Virus record (IMG/VR): IMGVR_UViG_3300042515_001753
Location: 169,887 to 233,886 of that record
DNA: 64,000 nt
Strand: one strand, 5' to 3'
In this document: positions 8,928 to 17,357 of the stretch, piece after piece
How positions within the stretch are numbered: the stretch's first letter is position 1
How the letters are laid out: every line of letters starts with the position of its first letter
The notes under the pieces: generated by a model
Told to the model about the DNA's origin: nothing
Databases searched by the model: none
What the model saw: the letters and a program-made list of their open reading frames with translations, nothing else
Program-made: the position numbers and the translations under genes

Positions 8928-8943
8928 CTTTTTAGTTATTTAT
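8928..8943 (-). promoter_or_regulatory. T4-type late promoter (ATAAATAACTAAAAAG)
   Basis: Same 16-mer at 44963-44978 (+) and 59911-59926 (-); the core resembles the T4 late consensus TATAAATA. Confidence 0.7.
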
Positions 8944-8956
8944 TGACTTTATGAAG

Positions 8957-9931
8957 TTAGGTTGGAGTAGTATTATAAAGTATTGGTCCAGATATGGAAC
9001 CTCCGACGTTTGATATAGATGTTCCGCTTCCATCGTTGTAGATAATAATTGCTCTTCCTTGCGATCCTCCGGCATTTCCAGTTCCGCTAGCACCATTACC
9101 TCCATTAGATCCTCCGGCACCTGCGGCATTTCCACTTGTTCCTCCAGCACCACCAGTAGTCAACCCACCTGAAGCACCAGCACTTCCATCGTTGCTTGCA
9201 TTTCCACCACCAGCACCCCCGTTACCGCCAGGATATCCAGAACCTCCACCACCCCCAGCTCCTGCTGTGCGTACTTCTGTTCTGCGCCTTGTAATAGACC
9301 CTGTTCTTCTAGATTGATTAGTCCAAGAACCTCCGCCGCCGCCTCCACCACCGGATTGGATGTATCCTCTATTTGTAACGATTGTTGGATATTGAATTCC
9401 TAAGGCACTACTTCCATCACCACCTACGGTTGAATTGGTAAGAGTACTGTCTGCTCCTTTTCCACCATCTCCCCCAGAACCATAAAGTTGCCCACTTGGT
9501 CCAATTTCAAGTTCTAATTGCGTATTTGCTTCCCATTCGCCAGTTGTTAGTGCCACATTATTAATTGATGCCTTATTAGATCCAATAATTTTATTTACAT
9601 TAATAATAATTCTTGTATTTGCACCACTTGCTGGTCTAGTTTTAAATTCACCAATCACAGTCACGTTTTGATTATTATACCTAACACGAGCACTCAAACG
9701 TTGAGCAATGAATGAGGTATCATAAAAACCAACGACAACATTTAATTTTTTAGAATAAAAATCACTAAATGCGATAGGTCCAGATTGAGGAATTCCAGTA
9801 TCTAAGGGAAGATTTGATAATGTTCCAACAGTTTGACTAACTCGGTAAGCTCCAAAACTTATATTTGTAGTTGGTCCAAACTCTCTTGAGATATCTGAAG
9901 CAGATATTGAACCCGATGCTTGTAGCGCCAT
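8957..9931 (-). CDS. Glycine-rich virion/tail protein
   Basis: N-terminal MALQASGSISASDI..EFG motif and C-terminal GGGGG / GAGG-rich domain. Confidence 0.7.
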   Translation of the reverse strand: MALQASGSISASDISREFGPTTNISFGAYRVSQTVGTLSNLPLDTGIPQSGPIAFSDFYSKKLNVVVGFYDTSFIAQRLSARVRYNNQNVTVIGEFKTRPASGANTRIIINVNKIIGSNKASINNVALTTGEWEANTQLELEIGPSGQLYGSGGDGGKGADSTLTNSTVGGDGSSALGIQYPTIVTNRGYIQSGGGGGGGGSWTNQSRRTGSITRRRTEVRTAGAGGGGGSGYPGGNGGAGGGNASNDGSAGASGGLTTGGAGGTSGNAAGAGGSNGGNGASGTGNAGGSQGRAIIIYNDGSGTSISNVGGSISGPILYNTTPT

Positions 9932-9933
9932 AG

Positions 9934-12900
9934 TTACTTAACTCCTTTGAGTTCGTTGATTTCTGCTTTGAGTTCTTTGATTGCCTCAATCAGTAGAGGA
10001 ACAAGTTTTTCGTATTGAACCGTAATGTAGTTAGAATCTACAGGAGCAGGTTTGACTGCTTCTGGAAGAACTACCTGAACTTGTTGTGCAGATACGCCCA
10101 CATAACGAACTAAACCATCAAAACCAAGTGACTGCCCAATCTCATTAAAGTTATATGTAAATCCGCTCAGAGCAAGAACTTTATCTAGAGCATTTTCTAG
10201 TGGTTGAATATTTGTTTTGAGTCTTTCGTCGGAAGCAAAAGCAGTAATATCTCCACTTACAGATAAATTCGTTCCATCAAAAACTAAACTAGATGAAGTG
10301 GTAGCATTATTGGAACCATCCTTAAAGACAACTTGATTGGCAGAACCGAAACTTAAATCGGCGGCAGTAGAAGCAGAAGTCGCATTACCAGATAATGTGG
10401 CAGTAATGGTTCCAGCACTAAAGTTGTTAGAAGCATTACGAGCAACAATAGTTGATGCCGTGTTTGCTGAAGTTGCATTAGAAGTTACAGTAAATGTGGC
10501 AGCACCGGAATTATTAAATGTTGCGGATCCAGATAATCCAGTACCAGAAGTATTAAGTGTTAATAAATTACTAAGAGTACCAACAAATGTAGATGCTGTT
10601 AAAGCATTAGTATTAGCATTATAAGTCAATCCAGAATCAATAAACGGACTTTGATTACCTGTTGATTGATTTGCAACTAATACTATTGAAGTTGTAGTGT
10701 CTGATGATGTAGTAGAGGAAATGTTTATATTATTTGCATTAGTTGCAGTTCCAGTCACATCACCGACTATGTTACCAGTTATATTACCGGTCACATTACC
10801 AGTAATAGTTCCAGTTACATTTAAATTTCCACCTACATTCAGGTTCTGAGCAATACCGACACCACCACTTACAACTAGTGCTCCATTTGCCGTGGTTGTG
10901 GACGGAGTATTAGAACTTACTTTTAATTGTGATTTAATATTTACAGCATTTGTAAACTTAACTTCCTTATTAAATGTAACCGGACCATCAAATTGAGAAA
11001 GAATCGTGCCAGAATTACCACCCTCAACAACAAGACGTTCTTTAACGGTTACTTCATCAAATACGGCACTTAATCTAGATGGGTCTTCACCGGTAACCGT
11101 TGGAATTGGATTATCATATGTAACTTCCTCACCAGTTGATGAAGATGTTTTACGATTACCAATAAAGGAGTCACCATTATTATTCATACCAGTATAAACA
11201 ACAATACCACCAGACCTTTCCTGTGACTGTACCAAGAACTCTTCTCTTTCTGTCAAAGTTACGGTCTGAACCTGAGGCAATCCTGTTGAGTAGTTTCCTG
11301 GACCATATCCAAGATACTCAAAAGTATGCCCCGAAGCTCTAACAATTGAAGGTCTTCTGAATTCAATTGAGATTGGTTTAATCTTTCTGATAAGTGAACC
11401 ACTATCGTGAGCGGTTTGTTTCGTGGATAGAGCACCACGAATCACCGTAATCTCATTTCCTCCACCACCACTCAGAGTGCTACTCGCAACTCTCATAATC
11501 TCTTCATCAATCTGAATATAAGAACCAAGTGGGAATCTCTTGGTGATTGCTGCTGCACTTACAGGGCTTGATACTGCAACTGTGAGAGAAGTGGTGGTAA
11601 TTCCACTAGCGGCAACAAGTGTTTCCTTATCAAATAATGGAATACTTCTGATTCCTAGATTTTCTGCTGTAGAATCAGAACTGGCATTATTTGCAGAAAG
11701 CCCGTGCTTCAGTACATATCCACCATTCACACTCAGAGAAGGTGTAAGTGCCGTAAATGCATTTACACTAACTCTATCTTTTACAATATAATCTCCTCTA
11801 TTATTATTTGAGGAATCAATCACTCTAAATCTATTACCGGCAACTAATCCGTGAGGTGCAGAACAATTAAAGGTACTTATCCCAGACCCAGAAGAATAAC
11901 TGGTGGTTGTAATCCGAACCGAAGGTCCAACGATAAAGGCATATTGATTTGCCGTAACTACAGAGTCTCCTGCTGTCTTGGCAATTGAAATCTGATTGTC
12001 TGCCGAAACTGCCGTAATACGGTGATATGTGTCTGAGGTTGTTCCATCACCCGTAAATTGAACCACATTACCAATTGCCGTTGTAATTCCTGATGTGATA
12101 ATATTAAATCTTGCATTACCATTACCATTACCTATCACAGAGGCATCAAAATATAATGCACCGGCAGAATATCCAGATCCAGAAGAAACAACATCTGCAG
12201 AAATTACCGCTCCACCAGATACCACAACTTTTGCAGTTGCTCCTCTCCAGGTTCCAGTCTGAGAAGTATTGAGAAGTTTGAGGTTTTGATATGTTCCAGA
12301 ATTATAAGATGCACCAGCAACTAAAGTACTGAAGGTTACAATACCGGCAAGACCGTGCTCTCTTGCAAAGGTAATCGTTGCACTTGATGTAGAGTTAGAT
12401 ACTGAGGATACATCAAGACCAACTCCTAGATTTGTGAGTAAGGTATCGGTCGATTCTTTTGTAATACTCTTCTTAAGGTCACTTGTTACGACATCACCAA
12501 TCGGGGACCTCTTTGCAAATGTTTTGGCAGATGTTGGAGTATCATTAACATTATCTCTGTCTAACTGAGGATAAAGGTCAACAACATTCTGACTATACTT
12601 AATGTTTGTGAACTCCGTTGGAATTGCCTTATTGGCACTTAAAGTATAGATATGATAAACACCATCCTGAATACCACTAATGTATGAAGTAATTACTTCG
12701 CTTCTATAATTGTAAAGATTTGATTGTAAGTTATTTCTTTCAAATCTTGGAGATGAGGTTGTTCTATTGGAGGTTACATTTGTGAATAATGCGGGAGTTC
12801 TTGTTGTGGTATGAGTAAAGGTCATATCATCAACAACTGATGCAACCGTAAAGGTTCCGTTATAACCAAGATTATCTTCACCAGTTGTGTTAGTACTGTC

Positions 12901-15495
12901 CGTTACATTTTTAATAATAATACTATCACCAACCTGAAGATTGTGTGGAAGTTCAGAAATTACAGTTACGGTTGAGGATGCACGAGAGCAAGTACTAATA
13001 AATCTTGAATTTCGGTTATACTCATAGTCGGATTCCGTAAGACTCGAAAGACTAAAATCACTATTATTACGATACCCAGTTGAACTTGATTCTTGAATTA
13101 CAAATCCGTCTTCTGGATTTTTAGAACCCACAAGTTCTTTTGGAATTACAACTCTAATTTTATAAAGTTTTTCATCCAAACTTCTGGTGTCTTCAATTCT
13201 TTTTACATAAGAAGGTTCGGTTCTTTCGGTCAATACAGCAACACCTAATGCAACAATTGCCGTATAAATGTCACTACTTACATTTGTGTTAATGTACCAC
13301 TGACTATTTGTAGTATCATATTGTACTGGATGTCCAACATCTCCGGCAATCTTATCAGATACTCTGCTCAGAATTCTTAGATTAGTTCCTTTATATACAT
13401 CAATTGCAGTTCCACTTACAGCTGCCGACTCTGAAGAAGCAAGTTTAATTTGAGTGGAAGATTGTCTGATTGCATAATAAACTGTATTTTCTACAATATT
13501 TTCTGGCAAATCACCATCGTCACTTAGAATAATAACTTTTTCACCCGTTTGGATGTTATGAGTACCAAGTGTAAAAATATTAGATGATGGTATGGATGAT
13601 GTATATTCTTTAACAGAACTTGTAATACCATCGGACATTAAAATATTTGCCGAGTATTCTGTTCCGTTTCCAACGAAATATAGTTTGTCACTTACTTTTG
13701 CACCAATTCTATATCCTTGAGTAAGAATTGGGGGGATATCATCTTGAGAAGTAAATCCAAAGAGATATAATCTGGTGCTGTTTGCGACTGATATAGTCTT
13801 TGTAACATCTAATGAAATCCAATCAATATCTTGCTCATCTTCCACTATTGCTCTTGGAGCAATAATTGAGGTAATGAATGCCTTATTGTCTTTATCAAAT
13901 GCTTCTTTCTTAAATCCAGAAGATGTAAGTGAAATCTGACCGAAGTTGGAGTTTGAGTTGGTGATACTTAGGTCAGCACCAGTTTCTGCATCAAAGTGCT
14001 TATTGAATCCAATCGCAAAGACGGATACAATCTGAATAAAGGCATCATTCGTTGCCTTAATATGACTTGATTCCCATCCACTTCTATAAATTGATAGTGG
14101 ATCTAGGTGATAAACCGTTCCGAGTGAAGATGATTGGGAAGATAAAGTTGCTCCTGCAACTCTGGATATAGTAATATTATCGGAATAATCTCTATTTGTT
14201 GGATTGTATTTTACAAATGCACGGTCGTCTTTTTGTAGAGATACGCCCGTGAATTGTGCCACAACCATCGAACGGAAACCCGATGCCTTACTACCATCGG
14301 CAAGCATTCCGTTCATACCATAAACAGAACGCAAGGAAATATTAAAGATATATGGAGATGCTCCAGATACGGTATCAGTTTCAATTGTTACAAATCCACT
14401 CGATGCATTTCCTGGTGTTGCCAGATTGGGTGGAAAACTTGGGAGTAAGTATGTAAATACGGTTGGATCAGTTGCACTAATACTCTGAACTTTTGTTGAG
14501 ATATTATATTCTACTGGAGAAACTCCACTAATCTTGATTGGGGTTCCTGCCGTGAATTCGTGAGCTACTGCAGTTTTGACCGTGACCTGATTAGTTGCGG
14601 TTCCACCAGACCCAGACTCAATTGTAGAAATCTGAAGAGGATCTGCGGCAAAGGCACCTACAATTTCCCATTCTGGTCTCTGCTTCTCAAAACCAAGAGA
14701 ATCAGCGGGGTACTTTTGATCAATATCTCTACCAGATGCAAGATTAAATGCATTAGAGAGTTTTGCATAATACATATCAAGGTCAGTCAGACCCGTATCT
14801 TCATATAGATTTACTCCATCAGCATACTCAAAGCAGGTGAGTTTGTGGTGAGAAAATATTGGAGTTGATTGGTTATTGACGGAGAAATCTGCTGGGTCAG
14901 TATAAACAGTACCCTCTGTGCTACCATCAAAGATACAGAACTGCCAGAAATAGCAGGCACCGGTAATTCTAAAAATTGCCGAGTTTGGAACAGCAGAATC
15001 TGTTGGGTTCGGAACATATTTTGGGCGAATCTTGGTCTTTCTTAAATCTAGACCAACAATTGAGGTTCCTCTGGGTACAACAACCCCGCCGTTTGCACTA
15101 TTAAACTTATAAAGAATATTATCTTCTTGTGTAAGGTCGAATACTGATTCAAGTGTGAGTGATAATGTGCTCGATGCTGGAGATGTTGTTCCACTCGGAG
15201 ATGTTACTGTTGCTGTTCCACCAACATCCTTTATAGAAAAACCCGGACGATTATCAACAGTATGCTGCCCAGGCATCAAGAGAATTGTGGTTTTCTCTAC
15301 TTCATCATTACTATTTCCTCTTAGATAGGAAAATCTTGCTGCCTCTAAAAGTGCTCTCTGTAGCGTCTTAAAGGGTTGAGCAAGTGAGTTACCCTGATTA
15401 CTGATGCTATCTGTGGAATCAAGGTCACTAGGCGAAACATAAAGAATGCGACCTTCTGTGTTCTTTATGAAATTATCTAATTTGTTCAGACCCAT
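9934..15495 (-). CDS. Large tail fibre with C-terminal intramolecular chaperone (peptidase S74-like)
   Basis: 1853 aa; N-terminal ILYVSP..D..N.G.S...PFKTLQRAL motif; C-terminal SDERLKTNI...VQYEKLVPLLIEAIKEL. Confidence 0.85.
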   Translation of the reverse strand: MGLNKLDNFIKNTEGRILYVSPSDLDSTDSISNQGNSLAQPFKTLQRALLEAARFSYLRGNSNDEVEKTTILLMPGQHTVDNRPGFSIKDVGGTATVTSPSGTTSPASSTLSLTLESVFDLTQEDNILYKFNSANGGVVVPRGTSIVGLDLRKTKIRPKYVPNPTDSAVPNSAIFRITGACYFWQFCIFDGSTEGTVYTDPADFSVNNQSTPIFSHHKLTCFEYADGVNLYEDTGLTDLDMYYAKLSNAFNLASGRDIDQKYPADSLGFEKQRPEWEIVGAFAADPLQISTIESGSGGTATNQVTVKTAVAHEFTAGTPIKISGVSPVEYNISTKVQSISATDPTVFTYLLPSFPPNLATPGNASSGFVTIETDTVSGASPYIFNISLRSVYGMNGMLADGSKASGFRSMVVAQFTGVSLQKDDRAFVKYNPTNRDYSDNITISRVAGATLSSQSSSLGTVYHLDPLSIYRSGWESSHIKATNDAFIQIVSVFAIGFNKHFDAETGADLSITNSNSNFGQISLTSSGFKKEAFDKDNKAFITSIIAPRAIVEDEQDIDWISLDVTKTISVANSTRLYLFGFTSQDDIPPILTQGYRIGAKVSDKLYFVGNGTEYSANILMSDGITSSVKEYTSSIPSSNIFTLGTHNIQTGEKVIILSDDGDLPENIVENTVYYAIRQSSTQIKLASSESAAVSGTAIDVYKGTNLRILSRVSDKIAGDVGHPVQYDTTNSQWYINTNVSSDIYTAIVALGVAVLTERTEPSYVKRIEDTRSLDEKLYKIRVVIPKELVGSKNPEDGFVIQESSSTGYRNNSDFSLSSLTESDYEYNRNSRFISTCSRASSTVTVISELPHNLQVGDSIIIKNVTDSTNTTGEDNLGYNGTFTVASVVDDMTFTHTTTRTPALFTNVTSNRTTSSPRFERNNLQSNLYNYRSEVITSYISGIQDGVYHIYTLSANKAIPTEFTNIKYSQNVVDLYPQLDRDNVNDTPTSAKTFAKRSPIGDVVTSDLKKSITKESTDTLLTNLGVGLDVSSVSNSTSSATITFAREHGLAGIVTFSTLVAGASYNSGTYQNLKLLNTSQTGTWRGATAKVVVSGGAVISADVVSSGSGYSAGALYFDASVIGNGNGNARFNIITSGITTAIGNVVQFTGDGTTSDTYHRITAVSADNQISIAKTAGDSVVTANQYAFIVGPSVRITTTSYSSGSGISTFNCSAPHGLVAGNRFRVIDSSNNNRGDYIVKDRVSVNAFTALTPSLSVNGGYVLKHGLSANNASSDSTAENLGIRSIPLFDKETLVAASGITTTSLTVAVSSPVSAAAITKRFPLGSYIQIDEEIMRVASSTLSGGGGNEITVIRGALSTKQTAHDSGSLIRKIKPISIEFRRPSIVRASGHTFEYLGYGPGNYSTGLPQVQTVTLTEREEFLVQSQERSGGIVVYTGMNNNGDSFIGNRKTSSSTGEEVTYDNPIPTVTGEDPSRLSAVFDEVTVKERLVVEGGNSGTILSQFDGPVTFNKEVKFTNAVNIKSQLKVSSNTPSTTTANGALVVSGGVGIAQNLNVGGNLNVTGTITGNVTGNITGNIVGDVTGTATNANNINISSTTSSDTTTSIVLVANQSTGNQSPFIDSGLTYNANTNALTASTFVGTLSNLLTLNTSGTGLSGSATFNNSGAATFTVTSNATSANTASTIVARNASNNFSAGTITATLSGNATSASTAADLSFGSANQVVFKDGSNNATTSSSLVFDGTNLSVSGDITAFASDERLKTNIQPLENALDKVLALSGFTYNFNEIGQSLGFDGLVRYVGVSAQQVQVVLPEAVKPAPVDSNYITVQYEKLVPLLIEAIKELKAEINELKGVK

Positions 15496-15522
15496 TTTAT
15501 TATCTATAGACCTATTATGTTT

Positions 15523-15529
15523 TATTTAT
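15523..15529 (-). promoter_or_regulatory. Late promoter core ATAAATA
   Basis: TATTTAT on the plus strand ~28 nt upstream of the 1853-aa fibre start. Confidence 0.55.
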
Positions 15530-15834
15530 GAAGATAAGTCCTGCCGCAAAAACTCATAACCTTCATCTGGAAGGTCTTGGGGGTTTTCTAGGTCCATATC
15601 AAAAAGTAATGGGTGTGCTTCCTCGTCTATAAGATAGAATGAGTTTTTAAATAAATCATCTGGTTCAAATGCACGATACTTATCTGCCGTTCTACAGAGG
15701 TCTTCATCGTATAAGTGCCCATCAGGTAATTCATCGAAGGTAAATGGAATCTCGTTGATGAAGTACATTTTCACAATCATACTTCCGTTATTATACCAAC
15801 AATATGACTGACTTATTTTATACTTGAAAGACAT
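15526..15834 (-). CDS. Hypothetical acidic protein
   Basis: 102-aa ORF preceded by ATAAATA (plus strand TATTTAT 15855-15861). Confidence 0.7.
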   Translation of the reverse strand: MSFKYKISQSYCWYNNGSMIVKMYFINEIPFTFDELPDGHLYDEDLCRTADKYRAFEPDDLFKNSFYLIDEEAHPLLFDMDLENPQDLPDEGYEFLRQDLSS

Positions 15835-15857
15835 TTGAGTATCTCAATATCTTATAT

Positions 15858-16571
15858 TTATTTTAACCATTTACGAATAGAATTATCACTAACTCCATAT
15901 TTTTTACCTACAGCAAGATAAGAACTTTCTTTTACTTCTTGTAATAATTGTTCTTTAGAAGGTCTTTCAACTTTTCTTTGGGATTTTGAATAGCAACTAT
16001 TACAAAGACCAGTTTTGCAGTTTGTTTTCAATTCAACCCCACAAGAAGAACATTTATGAATTTTTTTGGTTAGTATTGTTTGGATTTTATTTTTTATTGT
16101 TTGTGAGTTTTTATTTTTCTTATTTTTACCACGATATGTTGGAGTTTTAGCGTGACAATTTGGGCATAAGATTTTTAAATTTTCTAATATATTGTTATAA
16201 TGGTCTCCATCAATATGATCTAATTCTAAAGGTATTGGTTCTTCTAACCATTCACTCAATCCGCAGCATTCACATCTATGATTCTTTAATCCCTCTATAA
16301 TTAATCTTTTTCGCAATTTGTTAGAATTGTACTCATAATTCTTAACAAGGATTTCACTTAATGGTGTTGTATTAAACTTATGAGTTTTTCCCTTTAGATG
16401 TCCTTGACCTGTAAAATGTGAAGTGTCTATTCCATAAAGTTTTTCAAATTTTTTAAATACTCTATAGTTTCCACCTCTTGGAGATAATCCAAGTTTTGTA
16501 AGTGCTTGTGCTATGGAATAACTTTCTTCTACTGCTTTTTTAAATTCTTCTATGCTATATGAATGTCTCAT
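15858..16571 (-). CDS. Free-standing HNH homing endonuclease with zinc-finger and C-terminal HTH-like segments
   Basis: CECC...LELDHIDGDHYNNILENLKILCPNCH (HNH core); second CxxC...CxxC; C-terminal YLAVGKKYGVSDNSIRKW helix-turn-helix-like segment. Confidence 0.9.
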   Translation of the reverse strand: MRHSYSIEEFKKAVEESYSIAQALTKLGLSPRGGNYRVFKKFEKLYGIDTSHFTGQGHLKGKTHKFNTTPLSEILVKNYEYNSNKLRKRLIIEGLKNHRCECCGLSEWLEEPIPLELDHIDGDHYNNILENLKILCPNCHAKTPTYRGKNKKNKNSQTIKNKIQTILTKKIHKCSSCGVELKTNCKTGLCNSCYSKSQRKVERPSKEQLLQEVKESSYLAVGKKYGVSDNSIRKWLK

Positions 16572-16614
16572 ACTGGTAAACTTATTGTATAGTTATTTAT
16601 ATAAGTTTACCAGT
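16572..16614 (-). promoter_or_regulatory. Perfect 14-bp hairpin enclosing late promoter TATAAATA and abutting the HNH start codon
   Basis: ACTGGTAAACTTAT (16572-16585) and ATAAGTTTACCAGT (16601-16614) are exact reverse complements; TATTTATA at 16594-16601; ATG at 16571-16569. Confidence 0.85.
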
Positions 16615-16617
16615 TCA

Positions 16618-16888
16618 TACCCGTGAGTGGATTCGAACCACCGCTTGAGAGATTTTCTTACCACTATAGTTTTCACTACCCTTTCGGTTTGTGGTCTGGA
16701 CTATACCTTCATCATACCTTTCGGTTTAGATGTTCCCCGTCTAGTCTCTACACCTTCATCTTACGATGCTTGGCTCGGTATTGCCATTTTACAGGTTTCA
16801 CCGAATTTGAGGAATTGCACTCATAAGGTTTCCCAAATGAGGCTCAATTTTCATAAGTCTCTTGCCTCTTCCGCTGGGCTACACGGGC
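16618..16888 (-). tRNA. trnL: tRNA-Leu(UAA), split by a group I intron (exon 1 16888-16855, exon 2 16656-16618)
   Basis: Joined exons GCCCGTGTAGCCCAGCGGAAGAGGCAAGAGACTT|AAAATCTCTCAAGCGGTGGTTCGAATCCACTCACGGGTA fold into a cloverleaf with stem AGAGA/TCTCT, loop CT-TAA-AA and T-loop TTCGAAT. CCA is not encoded. Confidence 0.9.
16657..16854 (-). ncRNA. Group I self-splicing intron (IC3-like, trnL type), 198 nt, no ORF
   Basis: 5' exon ends in U and intron ends in G; IGS ATTGAG; P element AAATTCGGTGAAA, Q AATACCGAGC, R GTAGAGACTAGA, S AAGGTATAGTCC; P3 TTCCTC/GGGGAA; P7 GACTA/TAGTC; GNRA-capped P2, P6a, P8 and P9 stems. Confidence 0.92.
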
Positions 16889-16902
16889 TTGTGTATGAGA
16901 CT

Positions 16903-16931
16903 ATTATAACTCAAAGAGTCCTAATAGTCAA
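16903..16931 (-). promoter_or_regulatory. Sigma70-type promoter TTGACT-17bp-TATAAT directly upstream of tRNA-Leu
   Basis: Plus strand ATTATA 16903-16908 and AGTCAA 16926-16931. Confidence 0.75.
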
Positions 16932-16932
16932 G

Positions 16933-17006
16933 TGCTCATTGTGGGAATCTAACCCACCTTCGGCGCTTTATGAGAACGCTGCATTCAAACAGATTGCTAA
17001 ATGAGC
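16933..17006 (-). tRNA. tRNA with CAU anticodon (Met, or Ile2 if lysidine-modified); non-canonical D and T loops
   Basis: GCTCATT/AATGAGC acceptor stem, GCGTT-CTCATAA-AGCGC anticodon arm, GTGGG-TTAGATT-CCCAC T arm. Confidence 0.8.
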
Positions 17007-17035
17007 ATTCGCTATTCGCAAATGACGAATAGCAA

Positions 17036-17123
17036 TACGAGTGCCTGGATTCGAACCAGGTCAAAGCCGCTAATCTGGCGGAAAGGCGTTATAAGTGCCC
17101 TCTGACTACCAAGTCTCACTCGC
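17036..17123 (-). tRNA. tRNA-Ile(UAU)-like, with long variable arm and very small D arm
   Basis: GCGAGTG/CACTCGT acceptor stem, GACT-TGGT-AGTC D hairpin, CT-TAT-AA loop, CCGC..GCGG variable stem, CCTGG-TTCGAAT-CCAGG T arm. Confidence 0.7.
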
Positions 17124-17171
17124 ATAAAAGTTGCCTTGAAGCAACATATAAGACCTATAAGTTGCCTTGAC

Positions 17172-17354
17172 TCAACAACCTTCTTCGTGGTCGGTGTGTA
17201 TTCGTATGAGGTCGTCTGCTTCTTTGTATTGTCTATAAGGAATCATCATAGCATCTCCGTGTTCGCTAGTAACAATAAAAGACTCTCCATTTTCCACTCT
17301 TTCTAGTAGATTATCAAAGTCTTCTTGAAATTCTTCTACCGTAAACTTTTCCAT
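17172..17354 (-). CDS. Phd/YefM antitoxin-like small protein
   Basis: MEKFTVEEFQEDFDNLLERVENGESFIVT..G.AMMIP resembles the Phd/YefM N-terminal pattern. Confidence 0.6.
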   Translation of the reverse strand: MEKFTVEEFQEDFDNLLERVENGESFIVTSEHGDAMMIPYRQYKEADDLIRIHTDHEEGC

Positions 17355-17357
17355 TTA

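Noticed and set aside
16798-16854. ATG at the first intron base suggesting an intron-encoded ORF
   Set aside because: It closes after 18 codons (TGA within the P4 region); the intron is ORF-less.
16623-17004. Plus-strand ORFs of 67 and 125 aa over the tRNA region
   Set aside because: They are antisense to tRNA-Leu, the intron and tRNA(CAU); the RNA structures explain the sequence.
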